This document shows, piece by piece, positions 37,576-48,231 of a DNA stretch of 64,000 nucleotides. The DNA is from Candidatus Uhrbacteria bacterium (lineage in GTDB: Bacteria; Patescibacteriota; Patescibacteriia; UBA9934; GWF2-40-263): the NCBI GenBank assembly GCA_014239775.1, contig JAAZYG010000022.1, positions 2,218 to 66,217 on the forward strand, in the 5' to 3' direction. Position 1 is the stretch's first letter, and every line of letters begins with the position of its first letter. Under the pieces are notes generated by a model. That model did not search any database. It was not told the origin of the DNA and saw only the letters and a program-made list of their open reading frames with translations. The translations under genes were made by a program, and so were the position numbers.

Positions 37576-38769
37576 ATGGCTGAAGTTTTCGACAGGTCAA
37601 AGCCTCATGTTAACGTTGGAACAATTGGTCACGTTGACCATGGAAAAACAACAACAACAGCGGCTCTATTGGCTGTTTTAAATGCAAAAGGAATGTCTGC
37701 TCAAACAAAGGGAGTAGATGATCTAGACAAGGCTCCTGAGTCAAAATCACGTGGTATTACAATCGCAACAGCGCATTGTGAATATGAATCTGACAACCGT
37801 CACTATGCTCACGTTGATTGTCCAGGTCATGCTGATTACATTAAGAACATGATAACAGGTGCTGCACAGATGGATGGTGCAATTTTAGTAGTATCAGCTG
37901 CTGACGGTCCAATGCCTCAGACTCGTGAGCATATTTTGCTTGCTCGTCAGGTGGGTGTACCTTCAATTGTTGTTTTCTTGAATAAAGTTGACCAAGTTGA
38001 TGACCCAGAACTTATTGATCTAGTTGAAGAAGAAGTGCGTGATCTATTAAAGCAGTATGAGTATCCTGGTGATGAAATTCCAGTGATACGTGGATCTGCT
38101 CTAAAAGCACTAGAGAATCCAACTGATGAAGCAGCAACAAAGCCAATAATGGATCTAGTTGAAGCTTTGGATACATACATTCCACAACCAGAACGTGATA
38201 CAGACAAGCCACTTCTTATGCCTATTGAGGATGTTTTCTCAATTGAAGGTAGAGGAACAGTTGTTACAGGTCGTATCGAACGTGGAACAATTAAAATCAA
38301 CGAAGAGGTTGCTATTGTTGGTATAAAAGAAGAGCCAATAAAAACTATTGTTACTGGAATTGAAATGTTCAATAAGCAGTTAACAGAAGGTCTTGCTGGT
38401 GATAATGCTGGAATTTTGCTTCGTGGTGTTAAAAAAGATGAGGTTGAGCGTGGAATGGTGCTTGCGGTTCCAGGTTCGATTACACCTCACACAGAATTTG
38501 AAGCTAAAGTTTATGCTCTTACAAAAGAAGAGGGTGGGCGACACAAACCTTTCTTTAAAGGATATAAGCCACAGTTTTTTATCAGGACAACAGACGTAAC
38601 AGGTGATGTTACTTTACCTGAGGGAACTGAGATGGTTATGCCAGGAGATACAACAAATTTAACAGTTACATTAATTCAGCCGGTTGCTCTTGAGGAGAAC
38701 ATGTCATTTGCTATACGTGAGGGTGGGCGAACTGTAGGTGCTGGAATAATAACTAAGATCCTAAAATAA
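37576..38769 (+). CDS. tuf: Elongation factor Tu
   Basis: [28 protein letters not shown]. Confidence 0.99.
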   Translation: MAEVFDRSKPHVNVGTIGHVDHGKTTTTAALLAVLNAKGMSAQTKGVDDLDKAPESKSRGITIATAHCEYESDNRHYAHVDCPGHADYIKNMITGAAQMDGAILVVSAADGPMPQTREHILLARQVGVPSIVVFLNKVDQVDDPELIDLVEEEVRDLLKQYEYPGDEIPVIRGSALKALENPTDEAATKPIMDLVEALDTYIPQPERDTDKPLLMPIEDVFSIEGRGTVVTGRIERGTIKINEEVAIVGIKEEPIKTIVTGIEMFNKQLTEGLAGDNAGILLRGVKKDEVERGMVLAVPGSITPHTEFEAKVYALTKEEGGRHKPFFKGYKPQFFIRTTDVTGDVTLPEGTEMVMPGDTTNLTVTLIQPVALEENMSFAIREGGRTVGAGIITKILK

Positions 38770-38779
38770 ATATTAAACC

Positions 38780-38805
38780 TTGAGAGGTGGGAAACCACCT
38801 CTCAA
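38780..38805 (+). terminator. Perfect 11-bp GAAA hairpin between tuf and rpsJ (weak terminator or stabiliser)
   Basis: TTGAGAGGTGG-GAAA-CCACCTCTCAA followed by an imperfect U tract. Confidence 0.6.
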
Positions 38806-38825
38806 TCGTTCTTTCATCTAAAACT

Positions 38826-39161
38826 GTGAGTAAAGAAACAACCAAAAAAGAAGAAGAAAAGTCACGTATTCGCATCAAGATCAAAGCTTACGATAATAAA
38901 ATTATCGATCAAGCTACTCAGACTATTATTAAGACAGCTGAGAGATCAGGCGCAAAGATAATTGGTCCAGTACCATTACCAACGGAGACACGTAAATATA
39001 CAGTGAACAAATCAACATTTGTGCACAAGGATTCGCGTGAACAATACGAGATGAGAGTACATAAGCGATTGATTGATATCTCAGAACCAACTGAGAGAAC
39101 TATTGACTCATTAATGAGTTTAAACTTGCCATCAGGAGTAGATGTAGAGATTAAAACCTAA
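38826..39161 (+). CDS. rpsJ: 30S ribosomal protein S10
   Basis: [24 protein letters not shown]; GTG start inferred after the hairpin. Confidence 0.97.
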   Translation: MSKETTKKEEEKSRIRIKIKAYDNKIIDQATQTIIKTAERSGAKIIGPVPLPTETRKYTVNKSTFVHKDSREQYEMRVHKRLIDISEPTERTIDSLMSLNLPSGVDVEIKT

Positions 39162-39172
39162 ATAAATTAAGT

Positions 39173-39433
39173 TGTTTACAACTTACAAGTCACATTCAGT
39201 TTTATTACTGGCTGTAAGCTGTAAGTTGTAAACATGTAAGGAAGCGATAATCGAACCTGGAAGAAAGATCCCGTGTAAATAGATGTCTATTGGGAAAACC
39301 TTCCATCGGATTTAATTAAGCGCTTACGGAGAGTTTGCCAATTAAATAAAATTTTACAATCCTTCACAAGAATTTACTTAACGCTGAAGGTCAGGAGCCG
39401 TTTTCAAAGTTTTCTTTGGAATCGACTTCTGAC
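39173..39433 (+). promoter_or_regulatory. Structured rpsJ-rplC spacer (candidate ribosomal-protein leader)
   Basis: 15-bp perfect stem 39173-39187/39220-39234; nested GTAAG/CTTAC, TGGAAG/CTTCCA, TCCC/GGGA; hairpin 39390-39433. Confidence 0.6.
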
Positions 39434-39442
39434 TTTTATAAT

Positions 39443-40069
39443 ATGACATTCATAATCGGAAGAAAAATAGAGATGACACAGCAATTTAAGGATGATGGAA
39501 CAGTTGTTCCGGTTACCTTGATTAAGGCTGAGAAAAATATTGTGACACAGATTCGTGATATGGAAACTGACGGATATTCAGCTGTTCAACTAGGCACAGA
39601 AACATCCAACAAACTAAACAAGCCAGATGCAGGTCATGTAAAAGATGTAGAACCACTAAAAACACTACGTGAATTTAGGGTTGATAATACAGATCTTAAA
39701 ATAGGTGATCAGATCGATGTGGCTTCTTTTGAGCCGGGTACAAAAGTTGACGTAACAGGTTGTTCAAAAGGTAGGGGTTTTGCTGGTGTAATGAAGCGAC
39801 ATAATTTTTCTGGTGGAAATGCAACACATGGTAACAAGGACATGCAAAGAAAGCCTGGTTCGATTGCTTCTCATCCACAGGGTAAAGTTATTCGTGGACA
39901 AAAAATGCCTGGTCGTATGGGAAATGATCAAGTTACAGTTAAAAACTTAGAAGTAATCTCAACAGACAGCAATAAAAATATTATTGCTATTAAAGGTGCT
40001 GTTCCTGGAGCAAGAGGTGGTTTAATTTTAATTCGTGCACGTGATGGTAAAACAATATGGCAACGATAA
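39443..40069 (+). CDS. rplC: 50S ribosomal protein L3
   Basis: SKGRGFAGVMKRHNF, KMPGRMG, KGAVPG. Confidence 0.98.
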   Translation: MTFIIGRKIEMTQQFKDDGTVVPVTLIKAEKNIVTQIRDMETDGYSAVQLGTETSNKLNKPDAGHVKDVEPLKTLREFRVDNTDLKIGDQIDVASFEPGTKVDVTGCSKGRGFAGVMKRHNFSGGNATHGNKDMQRKPGSIASHPQGKVIRGQKMPGRMGNDQVTVKNLEVISTDSNKNIIAIKGAVPGARGGLILIRARDGKTIWQR

Positions 40070-40689
40070 AAATTTATAATACACAAGGTCAGGAAACTGA
40101 GCAGGTTGAATTAGAATCTTCATTGTTTGCTGTAAAAGTTAATCCAGCATTGGTTCATGAGGTTGTGGTTGCACAAACTGCAAATTCAAGAGCAGCAATT
40201 GCTCACACCAAAGACAGGAGTGATGTTGTTGGAAGTGGTAAAAAACCATGGAAGCAGAAAGGTACGGGACGTGCTCGTCACGGTTCTCGTTATTCACCGC
40301 TTTGGAAAGGTGGAGGAATAACTTTTGGTCCACGAAACGACAGAAACTTTTCTAAAAAGATAAATAGAAAAGCCAAGCATAAAGCTTTGGCAATGGTATT
40401 AACAGATAAGGTTGCAAGTAATAGATTTATTGTTGTCGATTCACTACCAGTAGAAAATGGTAAGACTAAAATTCTTGTAGATATTTTGGCAAAGCTACCA
40501 GTGGATGGAAAAAAGACTTTGATTGTTGCTTCACCCGAGAATAAAATGGTTGCAACAGCATCAAAGAATATCAAGAAAGTTACTGCAATATCAGCTAATT
40601 CTATCAATGTTGTAGATTTACTAAAGCATGATTTTACACTGATAAGTAAAGAGGCTTTGGCAAAAATAACTGAAATTCACAAACGATAA
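40057..40689 (+). CDS. rplD: 50S ribosomal protein L4
   Basis: KPWKQKGTGRARHGS. Confidence 0.98.
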   Translation: MATIKIYNTQGQETEQVELESSLFAVKVNPALVHEVVVAQTANSRAAIAHTKDRSDVVGSGKKPWKQKGTGRARHGSRYSPLWKGGGITFGPRNDRNFSKKINRKAKHKALAMVLTDKVASNRFIVVDSLPVENGKTKILVDILAKLPVDGKKTLIVASPENKMVATASKNIKKVTAISANSINVVDLLKHDFTLISKEALAKITEIHKR

Positions 40690-40693
40690 GTAT

Positions 40694-41182
40694 ATGGGAA
40701 TTTTCGATAAAATTAAATTCAAAAAAAACAAAGACGGTAAGACTGTTAAAAAAACAGAGAAGGCTGTTGTTTCTGATTCTGCAAAAAAAGAAGAAAAAGA
40801 AAAAGAGGTTGCAAAGGCGGTTGATGTGGTGAAAAAAACAGAAGGTAAAACAGAAGGTAAAAAGGTTGCAAAGGCAAAGTTGAGAAAGAAGGTTGTTTCT
40901 GGAGCAAGAAATGTTGTAATCAATCCTTTAATTACTGAAAAAAGTGCACGTCTTGCATCAGAAGATAAGTATGTGTTTGCAGTTGATCCACGATCAAATC
41001 AGATTGAGATCAAAAGTGCAATTAGTAATATGTACGGAATAATGCCCGTAAGTGTAAATGTACTAAATGTAAAAGGTAAAAAGGTGCGTTTTGGAAGAAG
41101 AAAAGGAAAGAGAAAGGATTGGAAGAAAGCAATTGTTACATTGCCAAAGGGTAAAAAAATTGATGTTTACGAAGGAGTATAA
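40694..41182 (+). CDS. rplW: 50S ribosomal protein L23 with Lys/Glu-rich N-terminal extension
   Basis: PLITEKS, WKKAIVTL; operon position. Confidence 0.95.
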   Translation: MGIFDKIKFKKNKDGKTVKKTEKAVVSDSAKKEEKEKEVAKAVDVVKKTEGKTEGKKVAKAKLRKKVVSGARNVVINPLITEKSARLASEDKYVFAVDPRSNQIEIKSAISNMYGIMPVSVNVLNVKGKKVRFGRRKGKRKDWKKAIVTLPKGKKIDVYEGV

Positions 41183-41185
41183 AAT

Positions 41186-42034
41186 ATGCCAGTAAAGAGA
41201 TACAAACCAACAACACCAGGAAGACGCATTTCAAGCGTTGACACTTTTGAGGATGTTACAACTAGTAAGCCTGAAAAAAAGTTGACGATTAAGAAAAAAC
41301 GTAATGCTGGTCGAACAAGAGGTAAAATAACTGTTCGTCACAGAGGTGGTGGTGCAAAACAAAGAATCCGTTTAATAGATTTTAAGCGAGAAAAGTTTGA
41401 AGTACCAGCCAAAGTTGCTTCAATCGAGTATGATCCAAACAGAGGAGCTCGTATTGCATTATTGTTTTATGCTGATGGAGAAAAGAGGTATATGGTTGCT
41501 CCAGTAGGTTTAAAAGTTGGCGATGAAGTAACTTCATCAAAGGGAAAAGGTGAGATCCAGACTGGTAACAGAATGCAACTACAGTATATGCCGATCGCAA
41601 TACATGTTTACAACATAGAGTTATTGCCAGGCAAAGGTGGTCAGTTAGTAAGAGGCGCAGGTGCTTCAGCACAGCTAATGGCTGTAGAAGGTGCACATGC
41701 AACAATAAAATTACCATCAGGTGAGGTAAGAATGGTCCTAAAGACATGTATGGCAACAATTGGCCAGGCATCAAATCCAGATAGACGATTAATTCGTTGG
41801 GGTAAAGCTGGTAGAATGAGGCATCGTGGAATTAGGCCAACGGTTCGTGGAAAAGCCATGAATCCATGTGATCACCCTCATGGTGGTGGAGAGGGTGCAA
41901 GTCCAATTGGACTTAAGCGTCCAAAGACTCCTACTGGTAAAGCAGCACTTGGTGTGAAGACTCGTAGGAAGAGAGCGTCAGATAAACTTATAATTAAGCG
42001 TAGGAAGAAAGGCCGATTTGTCGGCGGAAAATAG
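41186..42034 (+). CDS. rplB: 50S ribosomal protein L2
   Basis: [21 protein letters not shown]. Confidence 0.99.
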   Translation: MPVKRYKPTTPGRRISSVDTFEDVTTSKPEKKLTIKKKRNAGRTRGKITVRHRGGGAKQRIRLIDFKREKFEVPAKVASIEYDPNRGARIALLFYADGEKRYMVAPVGLKVGDEVTSSKGKGEIQTGNRMQLQYMPIAIHVYNIELLPGKGGQLVRGAGASAQLMAVEGAHATIKLPSGEVRMVLKTCMATIGQASNPDRRLIRWGKAGRMRHRGIRPTVRGKAMNPCDHPHGGGEGASPIGLKRPKTPTGKAALGVKTRRKRASDKLIIKRRKKGRFVGGK

Positions 42035-42037
42035 TAT

Positions 42038-42313
42038 ATGCCTAGAAGTCTAAAAAAAGGACCTTATGTACACCCAAAGCTTCTTAAAAAACTTTCAAAG
42101 TTGAAGCAAGGTGATCAGACTCCAATTAAAACTTGGGCTCGTGCATCAACCATCACACCTGAGATGGTAGGGTTTACGTTTGCTGTTCATAACGGCAGGG
42201 ACTTTATAAAAGTTCGTGTTGTTGAGAATATGGTAGGTCATAAATTAGGTGAATTCTCTCCTACACGTAAATTTATACGTCACGGTGGTAAGCTCCAAAA
42301 GGTAAGTAAATAA
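42038..42313 (+). CDS. rpsS: 30S ribosomal protein S19
   Basis: [20 protein letters not shown]. Confidence 0.99.
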   Translation: MPRSLKKGPYVHPKLLKKLSKLKQGDQTPIKTWARASTITPEMVGFTFAVHNGRDFIKVRVVENMVGHKLGEFSPTRKFIRHGGKLQKVSK

Positions 42314-42316
42314 TAT

Positions 42317-42757
42317 ATGGAAGTAAAAGCTAAAGCACGATATATCCGTATGTCGCCACGAAAAGTTCGTTTGGTACTAGATGTTGTACGTAACATGGCT
42401 GTTGATAAGGCCAGGGTACAGTTGAAGTTCATGAATAAGCGAGCAGCAAGGCCTGTGTTGAAACTTCTTGAATCTGCAATTGCAAATGCAGAGCATAACT
42501 TTAAATTAAACAGAGACAACTTGTTTATAAAAGAAATTTATGCTGATCAAGGACCAACACTGCACAGATTCCGAGCGCGTGCGTTCGGTCGGGCTTCAGC
42601 TATCCGAAAAAGATCTTCACATATATCAATTGTTATTGCTGACAGGAACAAAGAAGTAAAAGTTGATAAGGAAGAAAAGATTACTGAAAAAGAAAAACCA
42701 GTATCAACAAAAAAGGTTGAAAAAACATCTAAAAAAGAACAAAAGGTAAATAAATAA
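42317..42757 (+). CDS. rplV: 50S ribosomal protein L22 with charged C-terminal tail
   Basis: SPRKVRLV, SAIANAEHN. Confidence 0.98.
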   Translation: MEVKAKARYIRMSPRKVRLVLDVVRNMAVDKARVQLKFMNKRAARPVLKLLESAIANAEHNFKLNRDNLFIKEIYADQGPTLHRFRARAFGRASAIRKRSSHISIVIADRNKEVKVDKEEKITEKEKPVSTKKVEKTSKKEQKVNK

Positions 42758-42758
42758 T

Positions 42759-43409
42759 ATGGGTCAAAAAGTGCATCCAAAAATTTTTAGAATAGGAATC
42801 ACAAGGACTTGGGATGGTTTGTGGTTTGCAAATAAAAAGAACTACAAAAAATTTCTTGAGGAAGATGTCAAGATTCGTATTCTTCTAAAAAAAGAATTAA
42901 AAGATGCTTTGGTTGATCGCATAGAGATTGAGCGCTCACGTGAAGAGGTTAAAATAACAATTCATTCTGCAAAACCCGGCGTGATTATTGGAAGAGCTGG
43001 TGCTGGGATTGAGGCGTTAAATAAAAAATTAAAGAAGAATTTTTACAGAGGAAGACGTGTAAAATTAAGTATAAACGTAAAAGAAGTTTCACAACCATCA
43101 TTGTCAGCAAACGTAATTGGTCAGCAGATTGCTGCAGATCTTGAAAGACGCATGCCTTTTAGAAGGATTATGAAAGGTGCGATTGAAAGAGTAATGAAAG
43201 CAAATGCACTGGGAGTAAAGGTTTCTATAGGTGGTCGTTTAAACGGGGCTGATATTGCCAGAGTCGAGGTTTTATCAAAAGGTAAAATTCCATTGCATAC
43301 ATTACGTGCTGACATAGATTATGCTTCTGTAAGAGCAGGTACTATCTATGGTGCATTGGGAATAAAAGTTTGGATTAATCGCGGAGAAGTATTCGAAGGA
43401 AAAAAGTAA
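42759..43409 (+). CDS. rpsC: 30S ribosomal protein S3
   Basis: [18 protein letters not shown]. Confidence 0.99.
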   Translation: MGQKVHPKIFRIGITRTWDGLWFANKKNYKKFLEEDVKIRILLKKELKDALVDRIEIERSREEVKITIHSAKPGVIIGRAGAGIEALNKKLKKNFYRGRRVKLSINVKEVSQPSLSANVIGQQIAADLERRMPFRRIMKGAIERVMKANALGVKVSIGGRLNGADIARVEVLSKGKIPLHTLRADIDYASVRAGTIYGALGIKVWINRGEVFEGKK

Positions 43410-43410
43410 T

Positions 43411-43827
43411 ATGTTGATTCCAAAAAAAGTAAAACATAGAAAATGGCATAAGGGTCGTGGTCGCAATAAACGTATTGCTTCAAGAAAAACTGATTTAGCA
43501 TTTGGAACCATCGGGCTAAAGGCTACAACAGGTGCATGGGTTACATCACGACAAATTGAGTCTGCGCGTAGAGCAATGACAAGGGCTGTAAAACGTGGTG
43601 GTAAAATCTGGATCAGAATTTTCCCCAATAAACCAGTTACTTCAAAAGGTTCTGAAATGCCTATGGGAAAAGGTAAAGGTGCAGTTGATCACTATGTGTC
43701 TGTGGTAAGACCAGGAACAATCATGTTTGAGATGGCCGGAGTGGATGATGAATTAGCAAGAAGCGCACTCGCTTTAGCTGCATACAAGCTTCCTGTAAAG
43801 ACAAAAATTGTTACTAAAGGTTTATAA
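43411..43827 (+). CDS. rplP: 50S ribosomal protein L16
   Basis: [15 protein letters not shown]. Confidence 0.99.
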   Translation: MLIPKKVKHRKWHKGRGRNKRIASRKTDLAFGTIGLKATTGAWVTSRQIESARRAMTRAVKRGGKIWIRIFPNKPVTSKGSEMPMGKGKGAVDHYVSVVRPGTIMFEMAGVDDELARSALALAAYKLPVKTKIVTKGL

Positions 43828-43831
43828 GTAT

Positions 43832-44038
43832 ATGGATGCAAAAACAATACGCTCAAAAACAGATAAAGGTTTAGTAAAAGAGCTAGAGGATGCGCAGGCG
43901 CACCTAAAAGAATTAAAATTCAGAGTCTCTGCAAATCAGCTGAAAAATGTAAGAGATATCAGAAAGACTAAAAATATAATAGCTAGAATTAAAACAATTC
44001 TTAAAGAAAAGAAAGCTGAAGAACAGAATAAAAAATAA
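43832..44038 (+). CDS. rpmC: 50S ribosomal protein L29
   Basis: IARIKT; operon position. Confidence 0.95.
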   Translation: MDAKTIRSKTDKGLVKELEDAQAHLKELKFRVSANQLKNVRDIRKTKNIIARIKTILKEKKAEEQNKK

Positions 44039-44043
44039 TGTTT

Positions 44044-44292
44044 ATGTCAGAAACAACACAGAGTAAAAATAAAAGAAAATTTACAGGCACAGTCGTTTCA
44101 TCCAATATGGATAAGACGATAGTGGTTCGTGTTGATAGGACAATGGTGCACCCTAAATACCAAAAAAGGTACGTGCGTAGTAAAAAGTATCAAGTTCATG
44201 ATGCTTTAAATACTCACAAAGCTGGTGATACTGTTACATTTATGGAGTGTCGTCCTATGTCTAAAAATAAACGTTGGAGATTAGCGAAATAA
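44044..44292 (+). CDS. rpsQ: 30S ribosomal protein S17
   Basis: [20 protein letters not shown]. Confidence 0.98.
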   Translation: MSETTQSKNKRKFTGTVVSSNMDKTIVVRVDRTMVHPKYQKRYVRSKKYQVHDALNTHKAGDTVTFMECRPMSKNKRWRLAK

Positions 44293-44296
44293 TCAT

Positions 44297-44668
44297 ATGG
44301 TTCAAGATGAGTCAATGCTAAAAGTTGCAGATAATTCAGGCGCGAAGAGACTAAAAGTCATTCGTGTTCTTGGTGGTTTTAAAAAAAGATATGCCAGGAT
44401 TGGTGAAATTGTAACTGCAACAGTAAAAGAAGCGGTTCCACACGCAAACGTAAAAAAGAGTGATATTGTTACTGCTGTTATTGTGCGTTCTAGAAAAGAG
44501 ATAAGAAGAAAGAACGGAACTTATATAAGATTTGATGAGAACGCAGCTGTAATAGTTGATAAGAAAACAAAAGAACCAAAAGGTACACGTATCTTTGGTC
44601 CCGTTGCCCGTGAATTACGTGAGGCTGGATATAATAAGATTATTTCATTAGCCCCTGAGGTTTTATAA
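44297..44668 (+). CDS. rplN: 50S ribosomal protein L14
   Basis: [21 protein letters not shown]. Confidence 0.99.
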   Translation: MVQDESMLKVADNSGAKRLKVIRVLGGFKKRYARIGEIVTATVKEAVPHANVKKSDIVTAVIVRSRKEIRRKNGTYIRFDENAAVIVDKKTKEPKGTRIFGPVARELREAGYNKIISLAPEVL

Positions 44669-44672
44669 ATAT

Positions 44673-44996
44673 ATGAAGATCAAAACAGGTGATAAAGTAA
44701 AAGTGCTCGCTGGAAAAGATCGGGGCAAAGAAGGAAAGATCTTACAGGTATTTCCTAAGATTAGTCGTGTTGTTGTTGATGGTATCAACATGATGACACG
44801 TCATCTTAGAGGTGGAGGAGATAGACCCGGACAAAAGATTCAATTTCCAGGAACAATGCATGTATCTAATGTACAGTTGATTTCTGCAAAGAGCGGCAAG
44901 AAAGGACGTGTTGGATACAAGTTTATTGAAAAAGATGGACAAAAAACCAAGATAAGAGTAATTCGTAAGGGTGGTTCTGCAGAAGATGCAGAATAA
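44673..44996 (+). CDS. rplX: 50S ribosomal protein L24
   Basis: GDKVKVLAGKDRGK, HVSNV. Confidence 0.98.
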   Translation: MKIKTGDKVKVLAGKDRGKEGKILQVFPKISRVVVDGINMMTRHLRGGGDRPGQKIQFPGTMHVSNVQLISAKSGKKGRVGYKFIEKDGQKTKIRVIRKGGSAEDAE

Positions 44997-45001
44997 AATA
45001 T

Positions 45002-45538
45002 ATGTTGAAGGAATTATACAAAAAGGAAATTATACCAAAATTACAGGAAGAGTTTGGTTATAAAAATATAATGGCTGTACCTACAATAAAAACAGTAACT
45101 CTTAATGTTGGTTTAGGAAAAGGTCTTAAAGATGCACAGTATTTGGATACAATCGAGAAAACACTTACTAAGATTTCAGGACAAAAACCAATTCATACAA
45201 AGGCACGTAAATCTATTGCTGGATTTAAAATCAGAGAAGGTGCTGTGATTGGTATGAAGGTTACAATGCGCGGTAATAGAATGTGGGAATTTTTAGATAA
45301 GCTTTTCAATGTTTCATTAGCACGTGTAAGAGATTTCCGTGGGTTATCACCAAAAGCATTTGATGGACAGGGTAATTATTCAATGGGATTTAAAGAGCAT
45401 ACAGCTTTCCCGGAGATTAGCCCTGATGAGATTGACAGAATTCATGGACTACAGGTGACCATAAGTACAAATGCAGAGACAGATAAAGAAGCGGAGTCAT
45501 TGCTAAGACATGCTGGTCTACCCCTAAAAAAGAAATAA
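45002..45538 (+). CDS. rplE: 50S ribosomal protein L5
   Basis: SGQKP, RVRDFRG, FDGQGNY. Confidence 0.99.
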   Translation: MLKELYKKEIIPKLQEEFGYKNIMAVPTIKTVTLNVGLGKGLKDAQYLDTIEKTLTKISGQKPIHTKARKSIAGFKIREGAVIGMKVTMRGNRMWEFLDKLFNVSLARVRDFRGLSPKAFDGQGNYSMGFKEHTAFPEISPDEIDRIHGLQVTISTNAETDKEAESLLRHAGLPLKKK

Positions 45539-45569
45539 TTAATTGTACAAATTTCAATATTTAATAAGT

Positions 45570-45755
45570 ATGGCAACAGAGAATCAAATTGCTAAATCAA
45601 AAAAGAAACCAAAATTCTCAACACGTTCTGTGAATAGGTGTTGGCGTTGTGGTAGAAACAGAAGTTTCATGAGAGATTTCGATTTATGTCGTATTTGTTT
45701 CAGAGAGCTTGCTAATAATGGAGAAATTCCAGGTGTGAAAAAATCTAGTTGGTAA
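45570..45755 (+). CDS. rpsN: 30S ribosomal protein S14, zinc-binding type Z
   Basis: CWRCGR..CRICFRE, GVKKSSW. Confidence 0.98.
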   Translation: MATENQIAKSKKKPKFSTRSVNRCWRCGRNRSFMRDFDLCRICFRELANNGEIPGVKKSSW

Positions 45756-45759
45756 AATT

Positions 45760-46152
45760 ATGATAACTGATCCTATTTCAGACATGTTAACACGTATACG
45801 AAATGCTCAACTTGTTAAAAAACAAGATGTTGTTTTGCCGTATTCAAATATAAAATTTCATATTGCTAAAATTCTTGAAAAAGAAAGCTATGTGTCAAAA
45901 GTTGAACATGTTACAGAACAAAAATTTCCAAAAATCAAAATCGAATTAAAGTATAAGGGTGTAAAACCTGCAATTCAAGTTATAAAACGAGTGAGTAAAC
46001 CTGGTTGTAGAATTTATGCTAAATCAGATTCTTTACCAAATGTACTTTCAGGCTTAGGTGTGGCAATCATATCAACACCTAATGGACTCATGACTAATAA
46101 AGAGGCGCGAGCACGCCATCTCGGGGGAGAGGTTATCTGCGAAATATCATAA
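45760..46152 (+). CDS. rpsH: 30S ribosomal protein S8
   Basis: DPISDMLTRIRNA, GGEVIC. Confidence 0.99.
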   Translation: MITDPISDMLTRIRNAQLVKKQDVVLPYSNIKFHIAKILEKESYVSKVEHVTEQKFPKIKIELKYKGVKPAIQVIKRVSKPGCRIYAKSDSLPNVLSGLGVAIISTPNGLMTNKEARARHLGGEVICEIS

Positions 46153-46153
46153 T

Positions 46154-46711
46154 ATGTCACGTGTAGGAAAAAAAATAATTGAAATCCCTTCTGGTGTTGA
46201 AGTAAAGATAGATGGAAATCATATCCTTGTTAAAGGACCAAAAGGTGAACTGGATAGGGTTGTAAACTCCGTTGTTACTTTAAAGCTGGATGATGCAGAT
46301 GGTGTAAAGCAAGTTTCCGCATCTGTGGTTAATGAAGAAAACCATAAAGAAAGAGCTCAATGGGGCACAGCAAGAGCACTTATTTCCAACATGGTGATAG
46401 GTGTAACAGATGGTTTTACAAAAGAGCTAGAAGTTAATGGTGTTGGGTATAAGGTTAACATGCAAGGCAATACAGTTGTATTAAATGTAGGTTACTCACA
46501 CGAAGTTAGGTATGAATTACCAGAAGGAATTGAGGGTGTTGTAGAAGGAAATAAAATTACCATAAAAGGCAGGGATAAACAGGTTGTTGGCGAAGTTGCT
46601 GCTAATATTAGAAAAGTTAGAAAGCCAGAACCTTATAAAGGTAAAGGAATTAAGTATGTAGATGAGATAATTCGTCGAAAGGCCGGAAAAGCACAAAAAA
46701 CCGGTGAATAA
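46154..46711 (+). CDS. rplF: 50S ribosomal protein L6
   Basis: MSRVGK, PEPYKGKGI. Confidence 0.99.
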   Translation: MSRVGKKIIEIPSGVEVKIDGNHILVKGPKGELDRVVNSVVTLKLDDADGVKQVSASVVNEENHKERAQWGTARALISNMVIGVTDGFTKELEVNGVGYKVNMQGNTVVLNVGYSHEVRYELPEGIEGVVEGNKITIKGRDKQVVGEVAANIRKVRKPEPYKGKGIKYVDEIIRRKAGKAQKTGE

Positions 46712-46714
46712 TAT

Positions 46715-47071
46715 ATGGAAAATAAAACCAAGATCAAACACATAAAAATGAAACGAAGGTCACATAGAACTAGGGCTAAAATTAAGGGCACCTCAGACAG
46801 ACCTCGTTTGACCGTAAAAAGAAGTTTGAAGCATATTTATGCTCAAATTATCAATGATGCAACAGGTAAGACTCTTGCAGCAGTTTCTGATGCGGATATT
46901 AAGGAAAAGAAAAAACCAGTAGAGCTAGCTAAAGAGGTTGGTTTACTTCTTGGGAGTAAGGCTGAAAAAGTTGGTGTCAAAGAAGTGGTGTTTGACAGGG
47001 GTTCATATAAATATCATGGGCGCGTCGCGTCTTTAGCAGACGGTGCACGTGAAGCCGGACTGAAATTTTAA
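46715..47071 (+). CDS. rplR: 50S ribosomal protein L18
   Basis: [16 protein letters not shown]. Confidence 0.99.
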   Translation: MENKTKIKHIKMKRRSHRTRAKIKGTSDRPRLTVKRSLKHIYAQIINDATGKTLAAVSDADIKEKKKPVELAKEVGLLLGSKAEKVGVKEVVFDRGSYKYHGRVASLADGAREAGLKF

Positions 47072-47075
47072 TGTT

Positions 47076-47774
47076 ATTACTGCAGAAAAAAATACAAAAC
47101 AAACAACAAATAATCGTCCAGGTACAAGTGGTAAATTTGTGCCAAAAAAAGATGGTAAACCAGGAAACAACAAAAGACGTGGTCGCGGAAGAGGACGTGG
47201 TCCAAAGCGTGAAGTAAAAGAGTTTGAGCAAAAGATTCTTGATCTGTCTCGTGTGACTCGTGTTACAGCTGGTGGTAAGCGTATGTCATTTAGGTGCGCG
47301 CTTGTTATTGGTGATAAAAAAGGGCGTGTTGGTTTGGGTGTTGCAAAAGGTGCTGATGTACAGATTGCAATAGAAAAAGCATACAAGCAAGCAAAGAAAA
47401 AGGTTGTTACTGTGCCAATTTACAATGAGACAATTCCTCATAGTGTATTAATGAAATATTGCTCAGCATTGGTGTTATTAAAACCAGCTCCAAAAGGAAC
47501 CGGTTTAAAATCAGGTGGTGCAATGAGAATGATTCTAGAGTTTGCTGGTGTACCAAATGCTGTTAGTAAGATATTAAACTCAAACAATAAAATAAACCTA
47601 GCAAGAGCAACAATAGAAGCAATAAAAGAATTAAGAACCATTGATACGTCCAAAACTGATAAAGGTTCAAAAAAGAAAGTTATTAAAAAAGCAGTCGAGA
47701 CAAAAAATGAAGAGCAGGTTGTATCAGAAGAAAAGACTGAAACTAAAAAAGCAACAAAAAAGGTAGCTGAATAA
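47076..47774 (+). CDS. rpsE: 30S ribosomal protein S5 (start uncertain: ATT 47076 or GTG 47139)
   Basis: RVTRVTAGGKR, LKPAPKGTG; frame open back to 47064. Confidence 0.95.
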   Translation: MTAEKNTKQTTNNRPGTSGKFVPKKDGKPGNNKRRGRGRGRGPKREVKEFEQKILDLSRVTRVTAGGKRMSFRCALVIGDKKGRVGLGVAKGADVQIAIEKAYKQAKKKVVTVPIYNETIPHSVLMKYCSALVLLKPAPKGTGLKSGGAMRMILEFAGVPNAVSKILNSNNKINLARATIEAIKELRTIDTSKTDKGSKKKVIKKAVETKNEEQVVSEEKTETKKATKKVAE

Positions 47775-47778
47775 AAAT

Positions 47779-48228
47779 ATGCCATTGACACTTCATAATC
47801 TTAAACCAAAAAAAGGATCAAGAAAGACCAAGAAAAGAGTTGGTCGTGGTTTGGGTTCAACAGGACGATACTCAGGCCGAGGTATTAAGGGTCAGAGGTC
47901 ACGTTCAGGTGGAAAATCTGGATTACAACTTAGGGGGTTACGTGGAATAATGCTTTCAACTCCAAAGAAAAAAGGGTTTAACAGCAATCGTCCAAAGCCG
48001 GTCGTTTTAAATCTGTCAGATTTAAACAAAGTTTTTAAAGACGGTTCAAAAGTAACACCAAAGATTCTTCAAACAAGGAAACTGATCGATAAAATTTCAA
48101 ACGGTGTTAAGATTTTAGGAAACGGTTCAATAGCAATAAAAATAACATTATCAGGCTGTACAGTTTCAATGGCAGCTAAACAAAAAATAGAAACAGCTGG
48201 AGGAACTGTAATTGTCGACAAAAAATAA
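47779..48228 (+). CDS. rplO: 50S ribosomal protein L15
   Basis: RVGRG, GRGIKGQRSRSG, KILGNG. Confidence 0.98.
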   Translation: MPLTLHNLKPKKGSRKTKKRVGRGLGSTGRYSGRGIKGQRSRSGGKSGLQLRGLRGIMLSTPKKKGFNSNRPKPVVLNLSDLNKVFKDGSKVTPKILQTRKLIDKISNGVKILGNGSIAIKITLSGCTVSMAAKQKIETAGGTVIVDKK

Positions 48229-48231
48229 ATT

